NCBI GenBank assembly: GCA_017461635.1
Contig: JAFTXK010000078.1
Span: 1 to 44,959, forward strand
DNA length: 44,959 nucleotides
Direction of reading: 5' to 3'
Origin: Clostridia bacterium
Lineage (GTDB): Bacteria; Bacillota; Clostridia; Oscillospirales; CAG-272
The notes below the pieces were generated by a model. It ran no database searches, was not told the DNA's origin, and saw nothing but the letters and a program-made list of their open reading frames with translations. The stretch's first letter is position 1; each line of letters opens with the position of its first letter. This document shows, in pieces, positions 44,424-44,959 of the stretch. The translations under genes were made by a program, and so were the position numbers.

Positions 44424-44764
44424 TGTCTTACGAATATAATAAAAAACTTGTCTCAAATGCTAAAAAACTCAGAAGAGAAATGACGCCTGAGGAAAAGCAT
44501 TTGTGGTATGATTTTTTGAAAAAACTTCCGATCACTGTTCACAGACAGAAAAATATCGGTGATTATATAGTCGATTTTTATATTGCCTCTTCAAAAACTG
44601 TAATTGAAATTGACGGAAGTCAGCACTATTTCCCCGAAAACAGTAAAGCCGATAAGATGAGAGATGAATATTTAAGTAAGCTTGGTATTGAGGTTTTGCG
44701 TTATTCAAACAAACATATCAACCAAAGCTTTGAAGCAGTTTGCCGTGATATTTTAAAAATATAG
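44423..44764 (+). CDS. DUF559 (Vsr-like endonuclease fold) domain protein
   Basis: ...AKKLRREMTPEEKHLWYDFLKK...FHRQKNIGDYIVDFY...VIEIDGSQH...D..R...L...G..VLR is the typical DUF559 pattern. The ATG overlaps the thiI stop (TAATG). It is visibly more AT-rich than its neighbours. Confidence 0.85.
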   Translation: MSYEYNKKLVSNAKKLRREMTPEEKHLWYDFLKKLPITVHRQKNIGDYIVDFYIASSKTVIEIDGSQHYFPENSKADKMRDEYLSKLGIEVLRYSNKHINQSFEAVCRDILKI

Positions 44765-44840
44765 GACTTACTTTCAAAGACTTGGTAAAATAAAGTTTAG
44801 GGCATCCTCATCCGTCTCGGTGCGCTATGCTTCCGAGCCA

Positions 44841-44863
44841 CCTTCTCCCACTTGGAGAAGGCT
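44841..44863. repeat. Palindromic intergenic repeat unit (CCTTCTCC-cactt-GGAGAAGG)
   Basis: 8-bp hairpin. The 16-mer CCACTTGGAGAAGGCT (44848-44863) recurs inverted at 44944-44959. Confidence 0.5.
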
Positions 44864-44943
44864 AAGACTGAATCGTTCATTTTTTTTAAACAATATAATT
44901 ATTATAATTTCATGTAGAAAAATCAAGAAATGGCTTAAAAATC

Positions 44944-44959
44944 AGCCTTCTCCAAGTGG
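44944..44959. repeat. Inverted copy of the 16-nt repeat, truncated by the window end
   Basis: AGCCTTCTCCAAGTGG is the exact reverse complement of 44848-44863. Confidence 0.5.

Overview
Chromosomal segment of a Firmicutes/Clostridia-type genome, judged from GGAGG-type RBSs, sigmaA-consensus promoters, two T-box leaders, a CotF-like spore-coat gene and a sortase/LCP locus. No rRNA, tRNA, CRISPR array, transposase or integrase was seen. The left ~19 kb (minus strand) is a branched-chain amino-acid (BCAA) supra-operon. ilvE has its own promoter. Then come a promoter plus T-box leader, leuA-ilvB-ilvN-ilvC, a 930-bp gap, and ilvD, an SGNH-like hydrolase, leuC-leuD-leuB, a DUF815 ATPase, ilvA and ridA. 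Further left are a sugar-phosphate isomerase-like gene and a GT4/CsaB fusion gene that runs off the left edge and is absent from the ORF track. Upstream lies a Cys T-box operon: cysE, cysS, a gtrA-like gene and a small Cys-rich ORF. The right half holds an LCP / sortase B / SPSTG-substrate locus, RpiR+MFS, a BspA-type LRR surface protein split by one in-frame TAA, a degenerate Enzyme-I-like protein, a large lipoprotein, AraC, GNAT, radical SAM/SPASM, U32 peptidase, uppP, comM/yifB with a degenerate P-loop, CotF-like, a DEDD exonuclease fusion, DUF2007, thiI and DUF559. The most unusual content is the ilvC-ilvD gap. It holds two tandem paralogous cassettes on the opposite strand. Each has a strong promoter, a structured leader with a sequestered RBS, a 28-30 codon hydrophobic peptide ORF ending in KKR/KKK (too short for the ORF track), and a convergent consensus promoter driving a ~85-nt terminated antisense RNA over the peptide 3' end. 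This is the architecture of a type I toxin-antitoxin pair, here duplicated and embedded antisense inside a biosynthetic operon. All calls come from manual reading of the sequence. RNA ends and promoter positions may be off by a few nt, and family names are from memory, not searches.
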